Positions 10,912 through 20,887 of a stretch of 64,000 nucleotides of DNA are shown piece after piece. How positions within the stretch are numbered: position 1 is the stretch's first letter; the number at the start of each line of letters is the position of its first letter. The stretch is from an uncultured Pelagibacteraceae bacterium (GTDB lineage Bacteria > Pseudomonadota > Alphaproteobacteria > Pelagibacterales > Pelagibacteraceae). The translations under genes and the position numbers were made by a program. The notes beneath the pieces were generated by a model. The model had not been told where the DNA came from. It was given only the letters and a program-made list of their open reading frames with translations, and did no database searches. The stretch spans positions 2,050-66,049 of the forward strand of contig CACEEJ010000003.1 in assembly GCA_902558545.1 (NCBI GenBank), written 5' to 3'.

Positions 10912-12243
10912 ATGAGCAAAGAAGGAAGTTTAGGTGCACCTATACGACATCCTATAGATTTTGAGCATCCTGATTTTTTAAATCCTGAAAAATTAGATGC
11001 TGAAATGAGAAGAGTGTTTGATATTTGTCATGGATGCAGAAGATGTTTTAATCTCTGCGATTCATTTCCTAAACTATTTGACATGATTGATGAGTCTAAA
11101 AATGAGGATGTTGAAAGCTTATCTAGTGATCAATTTGCTCCTGTCGTTGATGCATGCACTTTGTGCGATATGTGTTTTATGACTAAATGCCCATATGTTC
11201 CACCTCATGATTTTGATTTGGATTTTCCACATTTAATGCTGCGATATAGAACGGCTCAAAAAAAATTAGGTAAATTACCAAGCGTACCAACACAATTAGC
11301 TCAAATAGATCGAAACGCTAAAATTGGTATTATGTTCTCAAAAATAGTTAATTGGGCATCAAATATTAAAAATAAATTAATTAGAAAAATCTTAGAACTA
11401 ATTACTGGAATAGATAAAAGAGTTCAGTTACCAAAATATAACTCAGAAACTTTTTCTAATTTTTTTAAAAAAAATAAAGATAAGATAAATTATCTAACAC
11501 CTTCTAAAGATAGAAAAGTAGTTATTTATTCAACTTGTTTTGTAAATTTTAATAAAAAAAATACGGGTGTTGCTGCTTTAAAAGTTTTGAAAAAAAATGG
11601 TGTAGAGGTTCAAGAAGCTTATCCTGGTTGTTGTGGGATGCCATTTTTAGAGCAAGCAGATCTCCCTAAAGTTGTTGAACAAGCAAAAAAAGTTTCTAAG
11701 GATTTAATCGAATGGATTGATAAAGGATATAAAGTAGTAACTTTAACAGCAAGTTGTGGATTGATGTTAAAATTCGAATGGCCTTTGTTATTACCAAACG
11801 ATGAAAAAATAAAAAAATTATCTGCAAATGTTATGGATATTGATGAGTATGTTGTTGATATAGCAAACAATGAGGGATTAGCAGAAGGATTAAATGAGAT
11901 TGATGGAGGAGTAACCGTGCATCATGCTTGTCATGCTAGGGCACAGAACATGGGTATTAAAGCAAGAGATATGTTAAAATTAATACCAAACGTTAAAATT
12001 GATGTTGTTGAAAGATGTGCGGGTCATGGAGGAACTTTTGGAGTAATGAAAGAAACTCATGATTTAGCAAATAGAGTTGGAAGACCTACAGCTAGACAAA
12101 TAAAAACTAAAAATAATAAGTATATGGCTTCTGATTGTCCTTTAGCTGGTAAACATTTAAAACAGTTAGAAGTTGATACAAACATATCTAATGATGAGGC
12201 ACTACATCCTATCGAATTGATGGCAAAAAGTTATAACTTATGA
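10912..12243 (+). CDS. Rubrerythrin-associated Fe-S oxidoreductase (GlpC/HdrD-like, CCG domain)
   Basis: CHGCRRCFNLC, CTLCDMC-KCP, CCGMP, SCG, HHACH, SDCP. Confidence 0.88.
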   Translation: MSKEGSLGAPIRHPIDFEHPDFLNPEKLDAEMRRVFDICHGCRRCFNLCDSFPKLFDMIDESKNEDVESLSSDQFAPVVDACTLCDMCFMTKCPYVPPHDFDLDFPHLMLRYRTAQKKLGKLPSVPTQLAQIDRNAKIGIMFSKIVNWASNIKNKLIRKILELITGIDKRVQLPKYNSETFSNFFKKNKDKINYLTPSKDRKVVIYSTCFVNFNKKNTGVAALKVLKKNGVEVQEAYPGCCGMPFLEQADLPKVVEQAKKVSKDLIEWIDKGYKVVTLTASCGLMLKFEWPLLLPNDEKIKKLSANVMDIDEYVVDIANNEGLAEGLNEIDGGVTVHHACHARAQNMGIKARDMLKLIPNVKIDVVERCAGHGGTFGVMKETHDLANRVGRPTARQIKTKNNKYMASDCPLAGKHLKQLEVDTNISNDEALHPIELMAKSYNL

Positions 12244-12839
12244 TCATGCCGAGAGAGAAAAGAGAAATTCAGAAAGAAGACATCATACCTTTAGATGTTT
12301 ATATAGAAAAGAGACGCGAATTAAGAAAAAATATTGTTGATTATAAAAAAAATAGAAGAGTTGCTTTAGGTCCTTACGCCACATTTTATTTTGAAAGTTA
12401 TGAAACAATGTTAGCTCAAGTACAAGAAATGCTATATATTGAAAAAGGTGGAGATGAGCAACTTCAGGATGAGTTATCTGCTTACAATCCTTTAATACCT
12501 AATGGTAAAGAACTAACGGCAACTTTAATGTTTGAAATAGATAACCCTATTTCAAGAGCTGCGTTTCTTGGAAAAGTTGGTGGAATAGAAGAAACAGTAT
12601 TTATGAAAATAAAGGGTGAGAAAATTAAAGCAGTCCCTGAAGAAGATGTTGATAGAACTTCTGCTGAAGGAAAAGCTTCTTCAGTACATTTTATTCACTT
12701 TAATTTTACTGATGATCAAATAGAAAAATTTCAATCTAATAGCTCAGAAATTGAGCTTGGTATTGATCATAAAGAATATTCTCATAGCACAAAATTATCT
12801 AAGGAAAATATAGCCTCTTTATCTGCTGATTTTAATTAA
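12240..12839 (+). CDS. DUF3501 family protein
   Basis: QVQEMLYIEKGG, AYNPLIP, TLMFEI, KASSVHF; usual third gene of this cluster. Confidence 0.8.
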   Translation: MIMPREKREIQKEDIIPLDVYIEKRRELRKNIVDYKKNRRVALGPYATFYFESYETMLAQVQEMLYIEKGGDEQLQDELSAYNPLIPNGKELTATLMFEIDNPISRAAFLGKVGGIEETVFMKIKGEKIKAVPEEDVDRTSAEGKASSVHFIHFNFTDDQIEKFQSNSSEIELGIDHKEYSHSTKLSKENIASLSADFN

Positions 12840-13291
12840 TTTAGTCCCCAAATATTATCTGTTTTAATCCAACCTTCAAATTCTTCTGATGTAATTTTGC
12901 ACCAATCTTTTTCACACTTTTCTATAATTAGTAATCTCCCTTCTTTGATTTGAGCAACTGGCTTAGCAAAAGATGTAGGTTTCTTAAATAAAACTTTATC
13001 TTTTGTGGCTATTACTGAATTACTTTTTTTTAATTGTGAAATATGAATCCATCCGCTGTTATTTTTAAAATCAATAATTCGTCTAAAATTTTCTTTTTTA
13101 TCGATTTGTTTTAAAGGTAGATTTATTTTCTTGTAAACATACTTGACGTCAGATTCAAAACTTGGTCCATAGCGTACGTTCACCTTATTTTTTTTAAGAG
13201 AAACAAATATTTCTCCTGCATTACTTGAGGTAATAAAGAATATTAAAAGAAAGTATATAAAAATATTATTTATTAGATTTTTTATTTTCAC
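12836..13291 (-). CDS. Exported bacterial SH3-domain protein
   Basis: Signal peptide; FVSLKKNKVNVRYGP, GWIH, WCKI-GWIK repeats. Confidence 0.82.
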   Translation of the reverse strand: MKIKNLINNIFIYFLLIFFITSSNAGEIFVSLKKNKVNVRYGPSFESDVKYVYKKINLPLKQIDKKENFRRIIDFKNNSGWIHISQLKKSNSVIATKDKVLFKKPTSFAKPVAQIKEGRLLIIEKCEKDWCKITSEEFEGWIKTDNIWGLN

Positions 13292-14033
13292 TTTTCTTTG
13301 TTTTATTTAATTTAACTTTTCTAAAGCTTAAATTTAATAAATCTATAATAAGAATAAATCCATTTAAATTTTGACCAATTTTTAATATTTTTTTTAATAC
13401 TTCATTAGCTAGCATTGTTCCAATTGTTCCTGCTACTGGTCCCAATATTCCTTCATATTCACAGTTTAATATTTCATCAGTAATAACTTCCTCTTGATAG
13501 AAGTCTCGTAAAGAAGGAGTATTTTTATCTACAAAATCAAAAGTAAAAATATGACCATCAAATTTACTAATTGCTCCAGTCACAAGAAATTTTTTATATT
13601 TTAAACTTAAATCATTTATTAAAAATTTACTTTCAAAATTATCAGTACCATCAATAATGAAGTCATAATTTTTTATTATTTTTTCAAATTTTACTCTATT
13701 CATTTTAAAGTTATAAAGATTTATTTTTGTTTTTGGATTTATTCTATTTAGTTTTTTTTTGGCAATTATAACTTTTGAGTGATTTAAATCTTTTTCATCA
13801 TATAAACTTTGTCTATGAATATTTGATAGGCTAACGATGTCATGATCAACAATTCCTAGTTTCCCAATGCCAGATCGGGTCAAAAAATCAGCCGCTGGAC
13901 ATCCTAGACCACCCATCCCAATTATTAAAACCTTCGAGTCTAGGATTTTTTTTTGTCCTAATGGACCTATGTTTTTTAAAATTATTTGTCTAGAAAATTT
14001 ATCTATTTCTTTTTTGCTTAAATTTTTGCTCAT
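13266..14033 (-). CDS. HesA/MoeB/ThiF family adenylyltransferase
   Basis: FSRQIIL, IIGMGGLG, DHDIVSLSNIHRQ, DGTDNF. Confidence 0.88.
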   Translation of the reverse strand: MSKNLSKKEIDKFSRQIILKNIGPLGQKKILDSKVLIIGMGGLGCPAADFLTRSGIGKLGIVDHDIVSLSNIHRQSLYDEKDLNHSKVIIAKKKLNRINPKTKINLYNFKMNRVKFEKIIKNYDFIIDGTDNFESKFLINDLSLKYKKFLVTGAISKFDGHIFTFDFVDKNTPSLRDFYQEEVITDEILNCEYEGILGPVAGTIGTMLANEVLKKILKIGQNLNGFILIIDLLNLSFRKVKLNKTKKSENKKSNK

Positions 14034-14467
14034 TTTCCAGTAGAGCCAAAACCACCTTCTCCTCTAATTGTTTCTGGTAGATCATCAGTTTCCTCAAGAT
14101 CCATTTTAATTACAGGAGTTAAAATCATTTGTGCTATTCTATCTTTATTATTTATTAAAAAATCACTTTTACCGTGATTAAAAAGGATTACTTTTATTTC
14201 TCCCCTGTAATCACTATCAATAGTTCCAGGTGCATTTAAAACACTTATACTATTTTTTGCAGCTAAACCAGATCTTGGTCTTATTTGGATTTCGAAATCA
14301 CTAGAAAATGCTACTGTAAGACCTGTTGGAACTAAACATGATGAGTTTGGTTTAAGATTAATAGGTTCTTTTACTAATGCCATTAAATCCATACCTGATG
14401 CACCTTCTGTTTTGTAAGCAGGTAATTCAACTGCAGGGTCTAACTTTTTGATAAGAACTTTTGCCAT
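14030..14467 (-). CDS. dut: dUTP diphosphatase
   Basis: ASGMDL, RPRSGLA, GTIDSDYRGE, RGEGGFGSTG. Confidence 0.97.
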   Translation of the reverse strand: MAKVLIKKLDPAVELPAYKTEGASGMDLMALVKEPINLKPNSSCLVPTGLTVAFSSDFEIQIRPRSGLAAKNSISVLNAPGTIDSDYRGEIKVILFNHGKSDFLINNKDRIAQMILTPVIKMDLEETDDLPETIRGEGGFGSTGK

Positions 14468-15672
14468 TAATTTAATTGATCAATTATTCTATCAACTATT
14501 TCATCAGAAATTCCAGATTTTTTTTTGTAAGGAAGTTTTTCTTTTTTAATGTCTCTGTTTTTATAATGAATTGTTACCTCGTTATAATCAGAATTAAATC
14601 CTATGTCTTTATTTGATACATCATTAGAAATTATCCAGTCGCAATTTTTCTTATTTAATTTTTCCTCTGCATTTTTATCGATCTGATTAGTTTCTGCTGC
14701 AAATCCTATTACAAGCTCAGGTCTCATGGAGTTATGGTTAGACACATAATTAAGTATATCTATATTTTTTTCTAGGTTTAAATTTAAGTTATCTTGTTTT
14801 TTAATTTTATTTTCATATTTTTTATGAATTTTAAAATCAGCTACCGCAGCAGAAAAAATTGCTACATCAACAGGTAAATTTTCTTGAGTGGCAACTAACA
14901 TTTCATCTGCTGTTTCAACTTTTATAAGATTAATATCTTTAGTTATTTGAAGATTAGTTGGACCTGATATTAATGTTGTATCAAAACCTTTTTTGGATAA
15001 CGATTTTGCCAATTCATATCCTTGTTTGCCACTTGATTTATTCGTAATAAAACGAACTGGATCTATGTACTCATTAGTTGGACCGGCTGTAACTAATGCT
15101 TTAAATTTTTTATTATTTTTTTGAGTTAAGAAATATTTATCAATTTCTCCAGCAATTACTGATGGGTCTGACATTTTACCCTCTCCATATTCACCACATG
15201 CCATGTCACCGACCTCTGGACCAATTAGTTTATATCCAAACTCTTTTAATTTTTTTATATTTGTTTTAGTAGTTGTATGCTCCCACATTCTTACATTCAT
15301 TGCTGGTGCTAAAATAATGTCTTTATCTGATGCCAAAATAACAGTGGATGCTAAATCATCAGTTGTTCCTTGAGCCAGTTTCGAGATAGTATTTGCCGTT
15401 GCAGGTGCAATTACAATTATATCTGCCCATCTTGAAAGTGAAATATGATCCATTTCAGCCTCATTTTCTACACTAAATAAATCACTATAAACTTTACCTT
15501 GAGAAAGTGATGTTATTGAAAGTGGAGTTACAAACTCTTTTGCACTTGTTGTAAGAATTGTCTTTATTTCTGCACCATTTTTTTTAAACAGCCTAATTGT
15601 TTCAAGACTTTTATAAGCAGATATTCCTCCACAGATAATAAATAGTATTTTTTTATTTAACAAATTTTTCAT
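14467..15672 (-). CDS. coaBC: Phosphopantothenoylcysteine decarboxylase/ligase
   Basis: GGISAYKS, APATAN, PAMNVRM, TAGPT-IDPVRFITNKSSGKQG, GFAAET. Confidence 0.96.
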   Translation of the reverse strand: MKNLLNKKILFIICGGISAYKSLETIRLFKKNGAEIKTILTTSAKEFVTPLSITSLSQGKVYSDLFSVENEAEMDHISLSRWADIIVIAPATANTISKLAQGTTDDLASTVILASDKDIILAPAMNVRMWEHTTTKTNIKKLKEFGYKLIGPEVGDMACGEYGEGKMSDPSVIAGEIDKYFLTQKNNKKFKALVTAGPTNEYIDPVRFITNKSSGKQGYELAKSLSKKGFDTTLISGPTNLQITKDINLIKVETADEMLVATQENLPVDVAIFSAAVADFKIHKKYENKIKKQDNLNLNLEKNIDILNYVSNHNSMRPELVIGFAAETNQIDKNAEEKLNKKNCDWIISNDVSNKDIGFNSDYNEVTIHYKNRDIKKEKLPYKKKSGISDEIVDRIIDQLN

Positions 15673-15680
15673 CTGCAGAA

Positions 15681-17249
15681 TTAAAATACTATAAGGCCAA
15701 AAATTACAAGAAGTAATAAACCAATAATAGATTGATTTCTAAATGCTATCATTTCTGATTTCTTATCATTCAGAGCGGTGTAAGAATTTGAATTTTGTGG
15801 AATTTGACCACTAGCTAAAAACGTTAATGCTTGATTTGCTTTATCCATAATCTCAGGAAATTCTGGTAAACGTTTAATCACTTCAGATGTATTTTTTAAA
15901 GTTTCATTTAAATTATTAATTGGATCTTTGGTTTCTTTAAGCCAATTTTCTAGTACAGGCTTTGAAGTTGTCCAAATATTTGTGTTTGGATTTAACTTTC
16001 TTGCTACACCTTCAACAACAACCATAGTTTTTTGCAACATTAATAATTGAGGTTGAGTTTGCATATTAAACTTTTCTGTTACATCAAACAATTGTTTGAG
16101 TAATTTACCTCCCGAAATATCTTTTACTTCCTGACCAAATATAGGCTCACCAATTGATCTCAAAGCTTGAGCTAGATCATCGATTGGTACTTCTTTTGGA
16201 ACTAATCCAGCCACTAAATGAACTTCAGCTACTTTACGATAATCTCTTTGAATAAATCCAAATAAAATTTCTGCTAAAAACCTTTTACTAAGTTTGTCTA
16301 ACCTGCCCATAATCCCAAAATCTATAGGTACAATTTGGCCACTATTATCAACAAAAATATTTCCTTGATGCATATCCGCATGAAAAAAACCATCTCTTAC
16401 AGCATGTCTTAAAAAATGTTGGATAATATCTTCAGCTATTTTATTAGTATCTAAATTTCTTTTCTTTAGCTCCTCAGCTTCTCTTATTGAAATTCCATCT
16501 ATCCAATCCAAAGTCATTACATTTTCACTAGTAAAATTCCAATAAATTTCAGGAACTTTAAATCCAGCATCATTTTTAGTGTTTTCAGCATATTCATTAG
16601 CCGCAGCAGCTTCGAATCTTAAATCCATTTCAAGATTAGTTATTTCTTTAAGTAAAAAAACAACTTCAACAAGTTTTAATCTTTTTGTTTTTTTTACAAA
16701 TGACTCAATAATAAATGCAAATAACATCATTGCATCTATTTCTTCATTGAATATTTTTTTTATATTTGGTCTTAAAATTTTTATTGCTACATCTTTAATT
16801 GTTCCATTATCATTTATTTTTGCTTTATGAACTTGTGCAATTGATGCAGCAGCAACTGGTTCACTTAAATCAATTATTGAATTAAATGCATCAACTCCAA
16901 GATCTTCTTTAATAATTTCTTTTGCTTCATGAATTGAAAAAGGGGGTAATCGATCTTGAAGTTTTTCTAGCTTTAAAGATAATTCTTCTCCGATTATATC
17001 TGGTCTAGTAGCAAGAAATTGACCAAGTTTGATGAAAGTTGTACCCATAGATTCTAATGACCTAGATAGTCTTTCACCATCATCCTCAATTAAATTACTT
17101 TGTACCTTTTTTTCAAACGAAATAGATAAAATTTGGAATAATATTGTTACAGCTAAAGGAGGTTTTTTAAATTTTGATGCAATTTTTAAAATATCTGATT
17201 TTGCAATTTTTCTTCCTAATTTAAATAAAGTAATAAGTTTTTTAATCAT
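15681..17249 (-). CDS. ubiB: Ubiquinone biosynthesis kinase-like protein UbiB
   Basis: FIKLGQFLATRPD, AAASIAQVH, FFHADMHQGN, DFGIMG; start at ATG 17249 overlapping the ubiE stop. Confidence 0.95.
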   Translation of the reverse strand: MIKKLITLFKLGRKIAKSDILKIASKFKKPPLAVTILFQILSISFEKKVQSNLIEDDGERLSRSLESMGTTFIKLGQFLATRPDIIGEELSLKLEKLQDRLPPFSIHEAKEIIKEDLGVDAFNSIIDLSEPVAAASIAQVHKAKINDNGTIKDVAIKILRPNIKKIFNEEIDAMMLFAFIIESFVKKTKRLKLVEVVFLLKEITNLEMDLRFEAAAANEYAENTKNDAGFKVPEIYWNFTSENVMTLDWIDGISIREAEELKKRNLDTNKIAEDIIQHFLRHAVRDGFFHADMHQGNIFVDNSGQIVPIDFGIMGRLDKLSKRFLAEILFGFIQRDYRKVAEVHLVAGLVPKEVPIDDLAQALRSIGEPIFGQEVKDISGGKLLKQLFDVTEKFNMQTQPQLLMLQKTMVVVEGVARKLNPNTNIWTTSKPVLENWLKETKDPINNLNETLKNTSEVIKRLPEFPEIMDKANQALTFLASGQIPQNSNSYTALNDKKSEMIAFRNQSIIGLLLLVIFGLIVF

Positions 17250-17953
17250 TAAATTTTCCAACCACTATGAATTGAAACAATACCACCAGAAAGATTTCTA
17301 TATGAACATTTATGAAAATTATTTTTTTCCATCAACTCTATTAATTCATCTTGATTAATAAATTGTTCAATACTTTTGATTAAGTATTCGTAAGGTTCTT
17401 TTTCTCCAACTACAAACTGACCAATAATAGGAATGAGTTTTGAATAATTTTTATATACAAAATCAAGATTTGAATTTTGAATCTTAGAAAATTCCAGACA
17501 TAGATAGCGTCCCCCAGGCTTTAAAACTCTATAGGCTTCTGAAAGTGCTTTATTTAAATTTTTTGTATTTCTTAGCCCAAAGCTAATAGTGTAATAGTCA
17601 AATGAATTGTCTGTTATTGGTAATTTTTCTGCTGGAGAAATAACCCATTTTACATTTTTGTAATTAGATAATTTTTGCTTTCCTTGACTAACCATTCCTT
17701 TATTAGGGTCTACACAAGTAATTTCAGCTTCTTTATTTGTGCTATCTAAAAATAACTTTCCAACATCCCCCGTCCCACACGCAACATCTATTAATTTTCT
17801 ATTAACTCTTGGATTCATCATATTGATTAAACTTTTTTTCCAATATCTATGTACACCCATAGACATAAAGTCATTCATTAAGTCATATTTGTTGTAGACC
17901 TGATTAAACACATTTTCTACAAGTCCTTTTTTATTTTGAAGATTTTGTTGCAT
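17249..17953 (-). CDS. ubiE: Ubiquinone/menaquinone C-methyltransferase
   Basis: YDLMNDFMSMGVHRYWK, DVACGTGD, YTISFGLRN, RVLKPGG. Confidence 0.95.
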   Translation of the reverse strand: MQQNLQNKKGLVENVFNQVYNKYDLMNDFMSMGVHRYWKKSLINMMNPRVNRKLIDVACGTGDVGKLFLDSTNKEAEITCVDPNKGMVSQGKQKLSNYKNVKWVISPAEKLPITDNSFDYYTISFGLRNTKNLNKALSEAYRVLKPGGRYLCLEFSKIQNSNLDFVYKNYSKLIPIIGQFVVGEKEPYEYLIKSIEQFINQDELIELMEKNNFHKCSYRNLSGGIVSIHSGWKI

Positions 17954-17982
17954 AAAAAAATATATATTGAATATAGTATCAA

Positions 17983-18846
17983 ATGCCAGAATTACCAGAA
18001 GTAGAAATTGTTAGACAATCCCTTCATAAAAAGATCAAAAAAAAAAGCATAAAAAAAGTAATAATCAGAAACAGGAATTTAAGGTTTAAAATACCAAGTG
18101 ATTTTGAAAGTTTTCTTAAAAATAAAAAAGTAATTGAAGTTAGTAGATTTTCTAAATATTTGATTATCCATTTTCAAAATGAAGATTATTGTTTAATCCA
18201 TTTAGGAATGTCAGGAACAATTCATATTCTTGATAAGAAAAAGCCTCTAAAATTTACGAATACTAGTTTTTATCACTCACCTTTTTTACCTAAAAAACAC
18301 AATCATGTAGAGTTTGTATTTGATAGCTTGAAAGTAATTTATAATGATCCAAGACGTTTTGGATTTTTTGAAATAATTAAAAATTATCAAGATTTAAAAA
18401 AAAGATTTAAATCAATGGGACCTGAACCATTTAATGGCAAATTTAACTTAAATTATGTAGTTAATTATTTTAAGAAAAAAAATAAGGATATAAAAAGTTT
18501 CTTACTTGATCAGAGATTTGTTTCTGGAATAGGTAATATTTATGCAAGTGAAATTCTTTTCGCGTGTAAAATAAATCCATTTAAAAAGGCAAAAAGACTT
18601 AACAAAAATGAATGTCTAAATATTATTTTAAATTCTAAGAAAATACTTCAACAGGCAATTAATAAGGGAGGTTCAAGTATAAGAGATTTTAAAGATATTT
18701 CAGGAAACAAAGGTAACTTTCAAAAAGAGTTTAAAGTTTATCAGCAAGACGGTACTGGTTGTAAGCGTACGCAGTGTAAGGGTATTATAAAAAAAAAAAT
18801 AACATCAAATAGATCAACTTTTTTTTGTATTTCTTGTCAAAAATAG
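17983..18846 (+). CDS. mutM: Formamidopyrimidine-DNA glycosylase
   Basis: N-terminal MPELPEVE, HLGMSG, DPRRFG, GIGNIYASE, C-terminal zinc finger. Confidence 0.96.
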   Translation: MPELPEVEIVRQSLHKKIKKKSIKKVIIRNRNLRFKIPSDFESFLKNKKVIEVSRFSKYLIIHFQNEDYCLIHLGMSGTIHILDKKKPLKFTNTSFYHSPFLPKKHNHVEFVFDSLKVIYNDPRRFGFFEIIKNYQDLKKRFKSMGPEPFNGKFNLNYVVNYFKKKNKDIKSFLLDQRFVSGIGNIYASEILFACKINPFKKAKRLNKNECLNIILNSKKILQQAINKGGSSIRDFKDISGNKGNFQKEFKVYQQDGTGCKRTQCKGIIKKKITSNRSTFFCISCQK

Positions 18847-18858
18847 TTAAATATTTAG

Positions 18859-18887
18859 TTGACCACTTTAAATTCTCAAGCTATACC
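18859..18887 (+). promoter_or_regulatory. sigma70-type promoter of rpsT
   Basis: TTGACC-17 nt-TATACC followed by GC-rich CCTGCGC, 9 nt before the ATG. Confidence 0.6.
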
Positions 18888-18896
18888 CCTGCGCAG

Positions 18897-19157
18897 ATGG
18901 CAAACACAAAATCAGCAATTAAGAGAATTAGAAGAATTTCTAAACAAACAGCGGTAAATAAAGCTAGAAAGAGCAGGTTTAGAAACGCTCTTAAGAAAAT
19001 GAACCTTCTAATTGATGGTAAAAAGAAAGATGAAGCTCTTAAATTTCTACCAAAGTTAAACTCTGAGTTGATGAAAATTGCAAAAACAGGAATAATAAAA
19101 AAACAAAATGCTTCTAGAAATGTTTCTAGAATAACAAAAAAAATTGCTGCAATCTAA
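18897..19157 (+). CDS. rpsT: 30S ribosomal protein S20
   Basis: MANTKSAIKRIR-NKARKS-NASRNVSR; true start is ATG 18897. Confidence 0.96.
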   Translation: MANTKSAIKRIRRISKQTAVNKARKSRFRNALKKMNLLIDGKKKDEALKFLPKLNSELMKIAKTGIIKKQNASRNVSRITKKIAAI

Positions 19158-19260
19158 ACGTTAGTTTAAATTTTCAAACAACTCCTGATATCTACATTAT
19201 ATATTTAAGTTTTGCATTAAGTTACTATATTTAGATTTAGTAAATATTTGGATTATCATC

Positions 19261-19330
19261 ATTCAATCTATATTTGATTTAATTTTAATTCAATCAATTA
19301 ATTGATTCAATCTATATTCGATTCAATTTA
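19261..19330. repeat. ATTCAAT direct-repeat array with central palindrome upstream of dnaA
   Basis: ATTCAAT at 19261, 19288, 19305, 19321; ATTCAATCTATATTYG twice; palindrome AATCAATTAATTGATT at 19292-19307. Confidence 0.7.
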
Positions 19331-19468
19331 TAATTTTAAATTTAAGTTTAATTTAAAAATTTTTTTTAAATATAAATCACAATCATAGATTTTATTTTTT
19401 TTTAAATTTCTTTATTAACTTGTTGCAAATTTTTTTAAATAGTTCTAACTGAGATTTCCCCTTAAGTT

Positions 19469-20887
19469 ATGAATAAATTAACAAATACAAAAAATATTAA
19501 TAATTTTTCTCCTGAAAGTTTCGAATGGAAAAAAGTACAGAATGAAATGAAAAATAAACTAGGCTTAGAAGTTTATGAGAGCTGGTTAAAAAAGATTTCT
19601 TTTGTTGAGGAATTCAATAATTACTTATTATTATCAGTTCCAACAAGATTTATCAGAGATTGGATTACATCAAGGTATTTAGACCAAATATTAAAGATAA
19701 TTAAGTTATATAAGAAAGACATTATTAGAATTGAGTTCAAAATAGTTGAAAAAGCTCAAGATATCACTTTAAAGGAAAATAATATTAAAGAGAATAATAC
19801 TAATGAAAACGTTTCATTTATAAAAGACTCTTATCTTCAGTATAATCGAATTGATCCAAATAAAAGATTTGATAATTTTATTACAGGTTCAAGTAACAAA
19901 TTAGCTTACGAAGCTTCTTTAAAAGTTTCAGAAAATATATCTCATTATAATCCACTTTATATTTATGGTGGTGTTGGGATGGGAAAAACTCACTTATTAA
20001 ATTCAATAGGTTTAGAGCTTAAAAAAAATAATAAAGTAATGTTTATTTCTGCTGAACGTTTCATGTATCAGTTTGTAAAATCAATTAAATCAAACGACAT
20101 GGTTAAGTTTAAAGAATATTTTAGAAATACAGATATTTTAATAATCGATGATATCCAGTTTATAAGTGGAAAAGAGGCTATGCAGGAGGAGTTCTTTCAT
20201 ACATTTAATGCATTACTTGATAAAGGATCTCAAATAATAGTATCAGCTGATCGAGCACCAAACAAATTATCAAGGATTCAAGAAAGAATTAAATCAAGAT
20301 TTTCAGGTGGATTAGTTGTTGATATTCAAAAGCCAGACCTTGAGCTAAGAAAAAAAATAGTTGAAAAAAAAACTGAAGAATTGAATGCTTTGTATTCCGA
20401 ACATTTACAAGTTTCTAGAGAAATTCAAGATTTTATAAGTAATGAAATAACCGGAAGTGTAAGGGAACTAGTTGGAGCAATAAACAGAGTTGTTTCATTT
20501 TCAAGAATCTATAACAAAGCCCCAAATCTTGCTGAAACTAAAGTAGTTTTAAAGGATTTATTAAATTTAGCAGAAAATAAGGTTACAATAGATCTAATTC
20601 AGACAATTGTTTGTAAGTTTTTCAAAATCAGCAAAAATGAAATGCTATCATCTAGAAGATCAAGATATTTAGTAAGACCTAGGCAAACGGCAATTTATTT
20701 AACTAAAATTTTAACTTCAAAATCATTACCTGAAATTGGAAGAGAATTTTCTAACAGAGACCATACAACAATAATTCATTCCGTAAAAACTATTGAAAAG
20801 ATAAAAGAAAAAGATCCTGAGATGGTTGATAATATAAATAAATTAAAAAACCAGATTTTATATAATAATAAAGAAAATGAAATTTAA
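19469..20887 (+). CDS. dnaA: Chromosomal replication initiator DnaA
   Basis: NPLYIYGGVGMGKTHL, IDDIQF, QEEFFHTFN, RDHTTIIH. Confidence 0.98.
   Translation: MNKLTNTKNINNFSPESFEWKKVQNEMKNKLGLEVYESWLKKISFVEEFNNYLLLSVPTRFIRDWITSRYLDQILKIIKLYKKDIIRIEFKIVEKAQDITLKENNIKENNTNENVSFIKDSYLQYNRIDPNKRFDNFITGSSNKLAYEASLKVSENISHYNPLYIYGGVGMGKTHLLNSIGLELKKNNKVMFISAERFMYQFVKSIKSNDMVKFKEYFRNTDILIIDDIQFISGKEAMQEEFFHTFNALLDKGSQIIVSADRAPNKLSRIQERIKSRFSGGLVVDIQKPDLELRKKIVEKKTEELNALYSEHLQVSREIQDFISNEITGSVRELVGAINRVVSFSRIYNKAPNLAETKVVLKDLLNLAENKVTIDLIQTIVCKFFKISKNEMLSSRRSRYLVRPRQTAIYLTKILTSKSLPEIGREFSNRDHTTIIHSVKTIEKIKEKDPEMVDNINKLKNQILYNNKENEI

Noticed and set aside
19261-19330. Repeat array as mini-CRISPR, coding sequence or confirmed oriC
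   Set aside because: Units too short and irregular, stops in all frames checked, no canonical DnaA boxes; kept only as a candidate regulatory region
19342-19356. CtrA box TTAA-N7-TTAA
   Set aside because: Expected by chance in nearly pure A/T sequence; no evidence for ctrA in the window
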